A stretch of DNA of 63,916 nucleotides, counting the filler, from Craspedostauros australis (Eukaryota), in the NCBI GenBank assembly GCA_030167865.1. It is 10 parts of 10 records of this genome, joined end to end, with 100 filler letters (N's around TTAATTAATTAA, not from the genome) between each part and the next. Parts side by side here need not be neighbours in the genome. Positions count along the whole stretch, not along the records: positions 34,368 to 51,067 come from JALAGF010003888.1; 9 more parts are not named here. One strand, written 5' to 3'. The notes under the pieces were generated by a model. That model saw only the letters and a list, made by a program, of their open reading frames with translations. It searched no databases and was not told the DNA's origin. The position numbers were made by a program, and so were the translations under genes. Below, in pieces: positions 34,368-46,264 of this stretch. Numbering within the stretch: the first letter of the stretch is position 1; the number at the start of each line of letters is the position of its first letter.

Positions 34368-36260
34368 GGTTGGGGCAAACCTGGCAAGGCCCAATCCAAT
34401 CCATCAAACCGGTCCCAAACGAAAGCTGCTCCTGCTGTTGCGAGCGGGGTCATGAAGCCTCCGGCAGGTTGGGGCAAGCCCGGCCAATCCAAATCCAAGC
34501 CGTCCTCGGCGCCGGCAACACCCACAAAGTCGAAACCTGCATCTGCAACCACACCCACGTCCACATCGAAATCTACCAACGCATCGAGCAAGTGGAATCG
34601 TCCTATCCCGGAAGCGCTCAGAACGAACACCACCAGCCAGCTGTCGATGGTTGTGCTGGGGCATGTGGATGCTGGCAAGTCCACGCTCATGGGGCAGCTG
34701 CTCATCCAGGTCGGCCAAGTATCCAAACGCATTGCAAGCAAGACCAACCTCGCGTGGTTGCTGGACGAAGATGAAAGCGAGCGAGAGCACGGCGTCACCA
34801 TGCAGATCGGGACCAAATCATTCACAACTCCCAAGCACGATATCATCATCTTGGATTCTCCGGGACACGCGGACTACATCCCCATCATGATCACCGGTGC
34901 GGCGCAGGCAGACGTCGCCATCCTGGTCGTTCCAGCGACGCGGGGTGAATTCGAAGCTGGATTTGAGCACGGCCAGACGAAGGAGCATATCCTCTTGGCA
35001 CGTGGTTTGGGCGTCACGCAAATCATCGTCGCCATCAACAAGCTCGACGTCATCGGGTGGGATCAAGGGAGATACGAGCAGATCAAGCACGATGTGACGA
35101 GTTACCTGCTGCAGCAACAGTTCGGCCCAAAGCGCATTCGATTCGTCCCGCTGAGTGGATTGACAGGCGAGAACGTCAAATTTGTGTCATCCACAGCAGA
35201 AATCAACGAGAAGTTGCAATCCTGGTACACGGGCCCCACCTTGCTGGAAGCAATCAACACCTTTCAGCCAGCCAATCGACACCTCGGTACGTCATCTGGA
35301 GTTTGTTTTGCCCCTGCGCCTGTGTTCGGGCATCTTCTGTTGCGCATGTGGAACGAAGACTGACGGAAATTGGACAATCACAAGAAGCATTGCACAAGTA
35401 TTGCACCATGCAATGTGTTGCACAATGTGAATATGAATATGAATTCGTTCTCACACCTTTGCCAACTTGCGCAATTCATCTTCAACATCGAAACTACGGA
35501 ATCCTCCAATTGATAACTCCGTCGCACATTCTGTAACGGGTGTCCTGCCATGGTGCACACAACAACAGACAAGCCATTCCGATTCATCATCACAGACATG
35601 TCCGCCGAAGGCAAAGGTGTCGCTGTGCGGGGACGTGTCGTGCAGGGGTTCTGCCGAATCGGCGATCGGTGCAACGTGCTGCCAATCGGTGACGCGGTTA
35701 CCGTATCGAAGCTGGAGCATTTGCAACCTCCATCGGGGGCGGGACAGAGCGATTCTGTCTCTTTGGATCGTCTTTCCATTGCGCAGGCAGGTGATACGGT
35801 CGAGTTCCTCGTCACAGGCATTGACGTCCTGCGTTTGTCCGTGGGGAGCTTGTTGGTGCCGTCCGATCTCACCTTCCATCCGAGGATAGCGAAGAAGGCG
35901 CAGGTCAAGGTCGTCGTCCGCGATGCGCTGAAGATACCGATCATCAGCGGCAGTCAGGTGCTGTTTCATATGCACAGCTTGAACATCCCGTGCACTTTCT
36001 CCAAACTGATATCCGTGGATGCAATGTCGTCCAGCGCATCCACAACATCAGCAGCAGCATCCAAATCAAGCGCAGGCAATGGATCTGCGAAGCCCCGCAA
36101 GCCACGTTCACTCCCAAGCGGATGCACCGCCACGGCAGAAATCACGCTGCAGGAGTCCATCTGTTTGGAACAGTTCGCGCATTGCCGCGCGCTGGGTCGC
36201 TTCGTCCTGAGGCGTGGCGGCGACACAATCGCTGTTGGCATCGTCGATTCTGTGCTATGA
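34368..36260 (+). CDS. HBS1: HBS1-like translational GTPase (eEF1A/eRF3 family), 5'-truncated; intron 35287-35568
   Basis: VVLGHVDAGKSTLMGQL, AWLLDEDESEREHGVT, DSPGHAD, MITGAAQAD, GQTKEH, INKLD, PLSGLTGEN; spliced LDKPFRF; C-terminal LGRFVLRRGGDTIAVGIV; low-complexity N-extension. Confidence 0.88.
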
Positions 36261-36809
36261 TCGATCACGTGAGGGGCTGACGGGGTTGGTGGATGAACTA
36301 ACGAACTGATAAACTGTTTAACGACGGATGGTGGAGGTCATCAAACCGCAAGGATTTCCATTGGGGATAACCACTATTTTCCCCACATTCAGTCAGCGCT
36401 CGTTCTAGAGAGAGAGACGTCCTCAATACAATAGGATTAATACGTGCGCTTGAGTGAATAGTCGTACGATTACTTGTTTGGCATCCTGCATTCGCGCGGA
36501 AGTCCACGATTTCTACAACATGTTTTCGGTCATCGTGTTGAAATGACACGGTTCCGTCTGTCCATCCTCGCGGCCACCAATCAGGTCTGAATCCAAAAAA
36601 TGAGGCCAATCAACCAACGACAGAACATCACATGATGAGAAACAAGGAGGGAGCACGCTGCGAATACTCATGCCAAGGGCACACACCTTCTCATAGTAGT
36701 ACGACTACCAAACCTCCACTTCTTATACTATCCTGCTCCACACACAACCGATCAAGCCGCACAACACAACATAGCAAGAACACGCTCAAGCTTGAGCTCA
36801 AACGTCAGC

Positions 36810-38396
36810 ATGGAAGATTCGAGATCAATCTTCCTGTCGCCCGACGAGCGGTACGATGTCTGGGCAGTCAAGAGCTCCGAGCGACCGTACTTGCTGAATG
36901 TCACGTTCGATGCAAATCCTTACAACGTGGACAGCATCATTCATCCTGAAGACGGGGCACATGCTGACCCTTCTCAACTGTTGACAACATGTCGACAGGG
37001 AACTGCGAAGGGTACGGGCGCGGCCGAGGAAAAGAAAGTGGATGTTGATGATGACAGCGATACCGATGACGCGCAAGACCAAGCAATGCACCAACCGCAA
37101 CAGAAGCAACAGGAGCATGAGAGCATAGACAACAGCGACGGCAACGCCGACGAAGAGGAAGTTCTCCCGCTGATGGATGGATGTGACATTGCGGGCTGGA
37201 GGAATCAACGTCTCGTTCCCATCGATCATTCGTTGCAACCCACTCGTGCAAGCACAATCATGGCCACCCTCAACGTGGGTCCTGGATGTGCGTTATTGCG
37301 AAGGGAATCGCAGCTGCCTTGCCTTTCAAGTCGATACCTTCGAAATTGGAAGAATTTGCAGCAGCTGTTCCTCGAGGAACCGCAGACCAGTCGCAGGGCC
37401 CAACGCATTCCCGCAACGATTGCGCGTGCGTTGCCGGCGAATCCTTGGTTCGAATGCGACAACGTTCCCGTCATTCTGGACGGTCTGGCGCAGGATTGGA
37501 ATGCAATGCGGACGTGCCGATGGGAGGAGCTCGTGAGACGGTACGGGCATTGCAATTGGCGCTTTTCGGATACGCACGGGATCTGTATGACGCTCGCGAC
37601 GTACGACACGTACACCAACACGATGGAAGGTCTGATGGATGATGCGCCGTTGGCCATCTACGATTCGGAGCTGGTGGACGAGTACGACAACGAAGATGAG
37701 GATGGCATCGACCGTCGGTCACTTTGGGATGATTACGCAACGCCCAGGTGCTTTTCCGTCGATCTATTCGAGTGTCTGGACGTACAGAGCGAAGGGCGAA
37801 GCCCTGACGACGGAAGTGTCGATGCTGGCGACAGCAGTCGCGGCGAGGATAGCAACAGCAATAGTGATTGCAACGACGGCGCTGACGACAGCGATATCGA
37901 TAGTGTTGGTGATAGTGACGGCGAAGAAGGCACCCAACGGCCACCGTATCGCTGGATATTGATGGGGCCAGCACGGTCTGGAACTGGTCTTCATGTCGAT
38001 CCGCTTGGCACGCACGCTTGGGTGACGATCGTCGAAGGTATCAAACGATGGGTGCTGTTCCCGCCCACCGTTGACAAGGAAGCAATCGGCATGCAGGAGC
38101 CGCAAATCCCCTCCGCGATTTGGTTTGCCTCGTGGTATCCGAAAGTAATGAAGCGGTACGGCAATGTTGCCATCGAGGTGCTGCAGCGGCCCGGCGAGAC
38201 GGTCTACGTGCCTGCTGGATGGCCGCACTTGGTGCTCAATCTGGAACGGACAGTCGCGTTGACAGAAAACTACGCCACAGAATTCCCCACGTGGCAACGG
38301 TTGAGAGATGCGGTCCAACGAGAGGAGTCCGACATGTTCCACGTTTGGATTCAACACATGAGACACCAGAAGCCTCATCTGTTTGCAATGGAGTGA
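36810..38396 (+). CDS. JmjC-domain 2-oxoglutarate oxygenase, JMJD6/PSR-like
   Basis: PVILDGL...W.A...W, PLAIYDS, RPPYRWILMGPARSGTGLHVDPLGTHAW, KRWVLFPP and QRPGETVYVPAGWPHLVLNL. HxD...H triad intact. Confidence 0.92.
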   Translation: MEDSRSIFLSPDERYDVWAVKSSERPYLLNVTFDANPYNVDSIIHPEDGAHADPSQLLTTCRQGTAKGTGAAEEKKVDVDDDSDTDDAQDQAMHQPQQKQQEHESIDNSDGNADEEEVLPLMDGCDIAGWRNQRLVPIDHSLQPTRASTIMATLNVGPGCALLRRESQLPCLSSRYLRNWKNLQQLFLEEPQTSRRAQRIPATIARALPANPWFECDNVPVILDGLAQDWNAMRTCRWEELVRRYGHCNWRFSDTHGICMTLATYDTYTNTMEGLMDDAPLAIYDSELVDEYDNEDEDGIDRRSLWDDYATPRCFSVDLFECLDVQSEGRSPDDGSVDAGDSSRGEDSNSNSDCNDGADDSDIDSVGDSDGEEGTQRPPYRWILMGPARSGTGLHVDPLGTHAWVTIVEGIKRWVLFPPTVDKEAIGMQEPQIPSAIWFASWYPKVMKRYGNVAIEVLQRPGETVYVPAGWPHLVLNLERTVALTENYATEFPTWQRLRDAVQREESDMFHVWIQHMRHQKPHLFAME

Positions 38397-38886
38397 AGAG
38401 CGTCATCATTTCTGCGCAGCAGATGAAGCTTTCCTTGCTCGACCTGTGCACAAGCGAGGGAATGATAGAGTGCAATGGTGTGAATGTGAATGTGAATGTG
38501 CACGTGCGAGTGGAGTCGAGTCAAGTCAAGTCGAGCATGATGATGCGAGCGAGCCTGCGGCGATCACTGCGGAACTGCTACGAATTGAATTGTACGCGGA
38601 ATATGCTGTGCATTGTGTGCTTGTGTGGTACTAGTGCTTATTCTTCTGGTGCAGGATGGCGAGGTGAGGTGAACTAGTATGGTGTGTTCTTTTTCGCACG
38701 AGTCCTCCTGTGCCTATGGTATAGTATGGTTCAAGTTGTGTTCGTTTATGTCCAATATCGTACGGGTATGTACGCTATATGCAGCTTGGTTTGGAGTGGC
38801 GGCCCAGATTCATTGATGCCTTGTGCTACGAGTAGCGCGTTGTGGACCGGGCCACGTCGGGGATGCAGGCTCTTGGAGCAATTGGC

Positions 38887-39516
38887 TCAGCGTCGTTGGC
38901 TTTTGCAGCTGCCATCGTTTTCGCAGTCGTTCATGCTTGGCATGTCCTCTTCGTCAGAACATTCACCATCACCGACCCATGGAATTGGCATGAAGAGAGC
39001 GCATCGGTTATCTGGACTCCTCACGATGGAATCCACGACCGACGTCCGAGGCGAAATACGCATGTGGAGCCTGTACATGGGGTAGTCGTCGCGACTGTGA
39101 TGGCGTCTGCCGCCGCAACGTTGGGACGGCAAGGAGTCCAACGATGGGATGCAGATAGTGTTCGTGAGGGGGCGGAAGAGAGCATTCTTGCGGTACAACC
39201 CCGTCGGCCTGAGGAACGGTATGGAAGGCGCGCGGCGTTCAATCTCGATGCTGCGCATGCTCTCGACGTTCCCGCCGGGCTTCCGTTTGTCGGTATCGCC
39301 ATTCTCGTCGTCTCTGCTGCTGGTGTCGTCGTATCCCGCTGACCTCTTTCGTTTCAATGGTGTACGGAATGCAGAGATGAAAGAGTGATGCTTCATTCCA
39401 TGCATGTCGTCCATTTGTTCTCTACAATGATTGTATGCGTCCATAGATTCGTCGCGTGTCTCATCAGGGACGAGTGCGGGTATGGACAGAACCATCGGTG
39501 AGGTGGGCGGCCCCAT
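38887..39516 (-). CDS. Hypothetical protein (about 209 aa)
   Basis: ATG at 39516 within the 38887-39948 ORF; composition is typical of a disordered protein (TPLKRKR, FLRP, LFRP). No recognisable family. Confidence 0.5.
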   Translation of the reverse strand: MGPPTSPMVLSIPALVPDETRDESMDAYNHCREQMDDMHGMKHHSFISAFRTPLKRKRSAGYDDTSSRDDENGDTDKRKPGGNVESMRSIEIERRAPSIPFLRPTGLYRKNALFRPLTNTICIPSLDSLPSQRCGGRRHHSRDDYPMYRLHMRISPRTSVVDSIVRSPDNRCALFMPIPWVGDGECSDEEDMPSMNDCENDGSCKSQRR

Positions 39517-42500
39517 GGTGCTGCAGAACGTCACGTGCGTGTTCTTGATTCTTGATTCTTGGCCGCAGAAGCCTTGTGGGAATGGAATGAATGGATCGAT
39601 GGGGTGGGTGGGATCTTGGTTGGTGGTGCGAGTCGGTCGCTTGCCGTCATCAATGAGGCGGAGGGGGATGTCGATGGCTTTTGCACAGATGGATGAGCTG
39701 ACGAATGGATGAAGGCTCGCGGAGTTGCTTGGTTGCTTTTCTTTGGATCCTCTTTGGCGCACCTTGCTTGCTTGCTTTCTTGTTTGTTCGGAGTATGGTA
39801 CTAATGTGGGGAGGATGGAGGGAGTGACAGATGACCTTCCAACTTGTGACGCTCCCCTGTCGAAGCGCAGATAATGATCTCCCGCGATACATCTCCGATG
39901 TGGCGGAGTCACGCCCATCAGCCTCGTTTCCCACTGCCGCTTCTGCAACGACCCATTCGCACGCTTGACCGCACGCAGTTGGCGGCCAAGTGATTCTCGG
40001 CCAGCCTTCGCAAAATGTGACGCTTCCCAATACGTGAATCTTGGCTGTGGGAAGGTGAATGCAAAGAACAGCTGCGTGTCTTGCGAACAAGAATGGCGTC
40101 GCGAACATCATGTCACAAAGGGTCGCTTTGTCAACAACTATGCGTTCGCGCAGGCAGGTGAATTCGAAGAGGACGTTTGCACGTGGTGGAGTGACAACGA
40201 GTGATGGAGTGGTTGGGTGGTTGCACTCTCTCTTTCTCTCCGTCTGTCACTGTCTCTGGGGAGCCAGAGTGAGCGAGTGAGTGTTCTAACACTCAGTGCC
40301 AGTGAGCGAGTGTCAGTGAGCGAGTGTCGGTGGGTGAGTGGGGTGGATGGAGAGAGGGACGTGCGCACATCTGAGTTGGTTGTCGGTGCCGACATGACAT
40401 GCGTGTTTCTTCCACACTTCTCGTGACAGTGCGCCAAATGCATCATAATTGATTGAAGTTTGTGTGCCTCCGGCATCGAAGAGATTGGGTTCTGTTTCGC
40501 CGTGTGAATGAGTCGCGGTCGTGTGATGGAGTTCGCCAGTCCTAGCTCCTTGTTCGCACGAGTGCGCTTGCGGAGAGCGCCGAAGCGCCTCGTTGCCCAA
40601 GCATGGTACTGCCCTTTTCAACGGACACGAACTCGTTGATGACGATGACGATGCGTGAGGCAGATGGAGGCACAGGCATCGGCAGCAATGCCTGCGTGTG
40701 TACCCGGACAGAGCGGAGTTGGTAATTAATGGTTGGGATTTATGCATGAATAGTTGCGCCCGTGCTCGCATACTGCCTCAAGGAATGGATGAATGAATGA
40801 TGTGGGAGGCATCACCATCTTCCGCTCCCCAGCGTCTGTGGAGGTCAGACCCCTCTCTTCTGGTGGCTTGTGTATTGATAGCGGAGTGACAATAGTTGCC
40901 AAGACATGGGCACCGGTTGGCACTTGCTCGAGCCAACCCGATCCATCATAGCTGCAGGCAGTGTGGGATGGATGAGCCCAGAAGCAGGAAGTCGAGCGCA
41001 TGAGAGGTTGGACAGATGAATTCATGAGCGGACGAGTCGATGATTCGATCGAAGAAGAGACCAGAGAGGAGCAAGAAGTGAACCTGGACGAGCTGGTTCT
41101 GCACAGAGATGTGTTCAAGCATCAACTTGAAGCGGACAGCCCTCTGGAGAGAGTAGGTATTAGGTGTGCTTCCGCTTTCGGTTTCAGCGTCGGAGCAGAG
41201 TTGATGGCGCAGAAGCCATGGCATCATCCTCGCTTTCGCCTGGAGCAAAAGAGGCACGTCTGTCCCCATGTTTGGACTGTTCGCGCTGCGCGGGTGATGG
41301 ATGAGTCGAGACAGAATTCAGTGTCAAAAGATACCATTCTTGTTCTTGTTGTGTTCGCGATTGCAACGTCTGTCCACTGCCCGTAGGAATGACACCTGTC
41401 GCTGTTTCAAAATTCTACTTTGGATTCATAGCCTTCAAATCACGCACTGTTGGTCGTGCGAAGAGAAGTGAACATAGTCGTACGTGAGCGCTCTTGGCCT
41501 TTGATTGGTTGGAAAGCGTGAGCAGGACTGCATGAAGGGGTTGGTTGACCAGGTCATTTGTGGGCGATGCGGATCAATGGAGGTATTCTATTGGCTGAAA
41601 GCATGTCGCAACATTGTTCCACAGAATGTGAAACTCGTGAAGAAGTGTCAATAAGGGTCATTTGTATTGATGGCTAATAATTGCAAATGCCGCACAGACA
41701 TCCGAACGAGAGAGCAGAGAACTGGTTCAGGTGCGAAGTTCTTGTCCCCGTTGTGCTCACACTGCTCAAGTAATACTCGCTGGTACACAAACATACATAC
41801 GTTGTACGCACGTCGTGTCTTGTGCACAAGTTTGGTCTTTGCCTGTGCACCGTTGGGGACAGGAATGCTGAAAACGGCTTAGAGAGTGACGACATGTGAC
41901 ACGAAAGAGAGACACTCAGGGGAACAAGACGCCAAAATCCAATTAACGCGAGAGCGTCGCAGGAAAGCCCGCATTCTTCATGTGACAAATGCACGAACGA
42001 TTTCGAAGACCACGAGCGACCAGAGAGGAGGTTCCTGCGTGTGGGGTTGTTTCTCTTTTGGTGGGAAAGCGGACACGTCGCGGTGTTGTTGCTGCGGCGT
42101 GAGTGAGTGTCTTGCGTGCAGGAATCAGAGAGAGAGAGAGGGCAAGAAAGCGCTTTGCGCGAACGGTGTCGAAACACGCACTGCGAGCACCAGGCGCAAT
42201 ACGAGTACGAGGACGGTTACGACCACGAACAGGTCGGACGAACATCCTCCCGCACCACCCAAGACCACTCCTGAACTGGGCTCCATCCGCTTCAAGTGGG
42301 CACCAACCTCCATCCAATCTGGCAACAACAGCAACACACATCGCATCTGCATCGGTATCTGCAGCGCATTGCAAGAGGAATCATACTAATACCCTCGCAA
42401 GCAAACCTTCGAACGACCAAGATAAATCACCAGATACGGTAGCAGCGGCAACCACAAACGGCAGAGGCACATCGGCTTCACTGCGGCTACCTCCATTGTC

Positions 42501-43542
42501 GATCGTTGCGGCAGGAGGTGGCGTTTGGTTGTTCCATCGAGCGCTCATCCGTAGATCGTGCTTGACATCCATACGCAACACCCACGCTCGTAACCCACGC
42601 TCGTAACCCACGCTCGCATCCCTGCTCTCGGAGAAGTGAGAAGAGGAGAAGACAGAGAACATTTCAACAATTGGCAGCTAGCGGCTCCACTCCCCACTTT
42701 CGCACATTCGATCATCCACGGGATTGGCTCAGGGCGAAGGCTATCACATCGCCATCTATAGACATCCGCATAGACATCGGTGTTAATACAGACACCTCGG
42801 CAAAGGCAACCACCTCGACAGAGGCAAGCGCGGCATCTGTGACCTCCGCTCCACATCCCCCGGCCAAACTGATCTTGGCGCTGCAGAATACGAGTAGAGT
42901 AGAGCAGGATTGAGTCGAGCTGAGTTGAGTTGAGTTCTGAGACACCAAAGGCAATCACGCGCCCACACAAGGCCGCAGCCTTGCAGCTCCACACACAGAC
43001 ACGACCGCAGGTGGAGACGCAATCGTTCCAACGTGTTCACTGGTGTCCCCGTTGTTGCTTGCGATTGCGACTTGTGTCACTCCATCATCAGTGTCAGCTC
43101 TGCGCAAATTGGGCACGGCCTCTAACAACATTGAGGACATCAAAGACGGCGAAGGAAAGATCGCGGAAGTCCTTTTCGAGGAGGGTCCTGCACTCTATTG
43201 CTGCACTCTATTGCTGCACAAACAACCAACCGAAGTTAGGGACAACCACAACCATAACGACAACAGCAGAGAGAAGAGGACGAAGACCAGATAGACTGTT
43301 GGAGCTTATCGTATCCGGGGAATGGAAGCAAGGTGAACACAGTCAACCCAGTTCGAACGTGGGCAGAGACAGAAAGCAGACGCAGACCCACGGTGATCGT
43401 TTGTTTGCTCATGTTGTGCGAAGTGACACCTCACAAAGCCCAGATTGATTCAACGTCCAGTCTTCCTTCTGTTGGAAGCGCACTTGCTCACTCAAACTCC
43501 AGCAACAGCAACAGTCTCGGCACCAATCCAAACGCTGCGACC

Positions 43543-45927
43543 ATGACGGTGTCTCCATCTCCGCCAGCACCCAACCGAGTTTCCCTGCCTTCAGCTATGG
43601 ATGGCGACATCAGTGCCACCGCCAACAACATGCGCATGGCCGCGAATATGAACACAAACATCAATACAAACATCGATGCAAACACGAACATGGACATCAA
43701 TTCCAGCATGAGTAGCAGCCCGAACCATGGAGGAATCATCAACGGACAGGGTTCTCAGCATCGAGGCTTCAACGCTAACGCTAACGCAACCATCAACGGC
43801 AGCGGGAACGCTAACGGAAACGCCACCGCTGTTGCCGATGGCAGGACCTCCAGCAGCACGGCCGCGCAATCGACAGCCTCGGCGCCAGGCTGCTCTTCCC
43901 AATCTGACAGGCAGACATCGGAGCAGCTGCGTCTGACAGCACTCCAACATCTTGACAATCTCTACCAGCTGCGTCAGCAACAGCAGCAGCAACAACATCA
44001 GTTCATGCAGTCGCAGGCCTTCATGCTCTCGCACGCGCAGCAGCATCAACAGAGGCAACTTCAACAACAACAACAACAACAACAGCAACAACAACAGCAA
44101 CGCCACAACCATGCATTTGCCTCGTACATGCGATCATCTCAATCTTCGCCGATGCCAGCTCAATTTCACCAGCCTCAGCACGTCCTTGCCACGACCTCCG
44201 ACGACTCTCAGCGCCAATACCAACAGCGGCAGCAGCAACAACAACAACAACACTCGCAGCATCATCACCACCACCAACAACAACAACAGCAATCACAGCC
44301 ACAATCACAGCCACAGCAAACGATGATACACGCATACAACCAAAATCACAACAACTATCTCCAACATGCGTTTGACAACCAAACACAGTCCATGCAACAG
44401 AACCAATCGCAACAGCTGCAGCACTCAGTATTCAACGCTGCCACACAGCCCAACTCGCAACAGCAACAGTTACACCACCAACAACAGCAGCAGCAACAAC
44501 AGCAGCAACAACAGCAGCAACATCAGCAGCAACAACAGCAGCAACATGCTGTGCATGGAGACCATCTTCAATATGGACACCAAAATCAGCATTTTCAACA
44601 ACAACAACAGCTGCAGCAGCACCATGGTCAACACGGCCAATACTTCCAACAAGAATTCTTTGTGACATCGCCATTTGCGAGCAGGGTGCGATTCAATGAG
44701 CAAGTAGAGATCGTGTCGATGCTCGAAACGAGGATGGAGTTGTCCGACGAGGACTTCCGGCTCAGGTGGTACAACACCCAGGACCTCGAGAACTTCAAAA
44801 CGGAAGCTCGCAACCTATCGCGGGAGCTGCGCAACGGAACAGAGAACATCACCAACACCGTCGCCAACTCGTCCTTCAAGGTGGAGTTAGCTCTGGCGCA
44901 ATCACCGCCAATGAAGCCAGCGCCCGTCGCAGCACCAGTCGAGGCAAGGAATGAGGTGGATGCCAAGATTGGGCAACAGGCGCCACCAACGCCACCAGCA
45001 AGGCCACCAACACCGTCAACAGCACAACCTCCGCATCAACAGCAGCGTCAACAGAGTGATGCGATCAATGCGTCGCGTACGCACCAAGTCAATGGCAATT
45101 CGAACAACCCCGCTGCGCCAAAAGAACCCATGGCAACACCACCAAAGCGAGATGACGACGTTTCACGTTTGGATGCATCAGGGCGTGAAGTGTCGCCTTC
45201 TGCGACGGCAAATGCAACGAATGTAGTCGCAGAGACAACAGCTGCCGCAAATTCAGAGTCATCTCTGGTGGATGAGCTCGTCCCTGCTCGCACAACCTGC
45301 ACTGACAAATCGAGAGGGTTAGAGTACAGGATATGCTTGGACAGGCAGAAACACAAAGTCCTTGCTCTGAAGTGCATTCTGAAGGCGCAGGCGCAGTTCC
45401 AGAGGCGACCGGATACTCTGGCGCAAGTTGCACGTAAGTGTACAGCATGGGCAACGGAAGTGGCGCTCACGGTCGCTTCGAGAGACTTCTGCGAGGCCTA
45501 TAAGCCACATTTGCTGCATCTCATCCCTGGCATCCAAACGCCCTGCGTGTCGGGCTTCCCCCTCCCATTCAAGAAGAAGCGGAAAGCCAACAACGATGGT
45601 TCTTCCACTTCGCCGCAAAATGATCGGTCGCATTTCAACATGGGATCGCGGAGCGGTGGCATTCCAACTACCACCAACGCCGGTGCCCATCCTGCCATCC
45701 TGGGCGGCATGAACGTCGTTTCTCCGATAGATACGACGCCAGGATCCCTCCTAACGCAAGGGCCATCGTCCACGATGCAATCGTCACCACTCGGCGCAAT
45801 GGCGGAGGATGCAAGGAGAGCAAGCACCTCGCCAAGCGCCAATGGCAGCAATGACCCATCGGGCGCAACACAGGAAGACGAAGAAGCGAGGCGGGTGAGG
45901 AGGCGGACTGCTACCATGTGTCACTAG
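43543..45927 (+). CDS. PolyQ-rich protein of a diatom-expanded family (VRF...WY...FK / RGLE...R / LA...W motifs); start codon uncertain
   Basis: Long open frame; CAG/CAA polyQ tracts at 43975-44620; RVRFNEQVEIV, RWYNTQDLENFKTEAR, SRGLEYRICLDRQKHK, LAQVARKCTAWATEVAL; KKKRK NLS. Confidence 0.8.
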   Translation: MTVSPSPPAPNRVSLPSAMDGDISATANNMRMAANMNTNINTNIDANTNMDINSSMSSSPNHGGIINGQGSQHRGFNANANATINGSGNANGNATAVADGRTSSSTAAQSTASAPGCSSQSDRQTSEQLRLTALQHLDNLYQLRQQQQQQQHQFMQSQAFMLSHAQQHQQRQLQQQQQQQQQQQQQRHNHAFASYMRSSQSSPMPAQFHQPQHVLATTSDDSQRQYQQRQQQQQQQHSQHHHHHQQQQQQSQPQSQPQQTMIHAYNQNHNNYLQHAFDNQTQSMQQNQSQQLQHSVFNAATQPNSQQQQLHHQQQQQQQQQQQQQQHQQQQQQQHAVHGDHLQYGHQNQHFQQQQQLQQHHGQHGQYFQQEFFVTSPFASRVRFNEQVEIVSMLETRMELSDEDFRLRWYNTQDLENFKTEARNLSRELRNGTENITNTVANSSFKVELALAQSPPMKPAPVAAPVEARNEVDAKIGQQAPPTPPARPPTPSTAQPPHQQQRQQSDAINASRTHQVNGNSNNPAAPKEPMATPPKRDDDVSRLDASGREVSPSATANATNVVAETTAAANSESSLVDELVPARTTCTDKSRGLEYRICLDRQKHKVLALKCILKAQAQFQRRPDTLAQVARKCTAWATEVALTVASRDFCEAYKPHLLHLIPGIQTPCVSGFPLPFKKKRKANNDGSSTSPQNDRSHFNMGSRSGGIPTTTNAGAHPAILGGMNVVSPIDTTPGSLLTQGPSSTMQSSPLGAMAEDARRASTSPSANGSNDPSGATQEDEEARRVRRRTATMCH

Positions 45928-46264
45928 AGAGAGAGAGAGACAGATGTAGATGCAGCTGCTACGATAACAATCAGTTCTTGTTTGCACGAATGAAGTCGTC
46001 ACATTCTATTCCTTTCGTGTTCATCTTTGTTGTTCCTGGATTATTCGGAGTTGGAGTTTGAATTTGTACCGGACTCCGGTATGCTTATCCAACGGAAGCC
46101 TCTCGAGTGAAGCACTCGGAGTGTTAGCGCCGTAGAGACTCTGGCACCAAGAGGGAGGGAGGCAGCAGGATCATTTTCCTGGCGGCTCTGGTACCATCGA
46201 ACTCCTCGCGCAGCGCTTTTCTGATTTGGCCAACGTTCCAGATTACGAGTCCTCTGTCCGGAGC

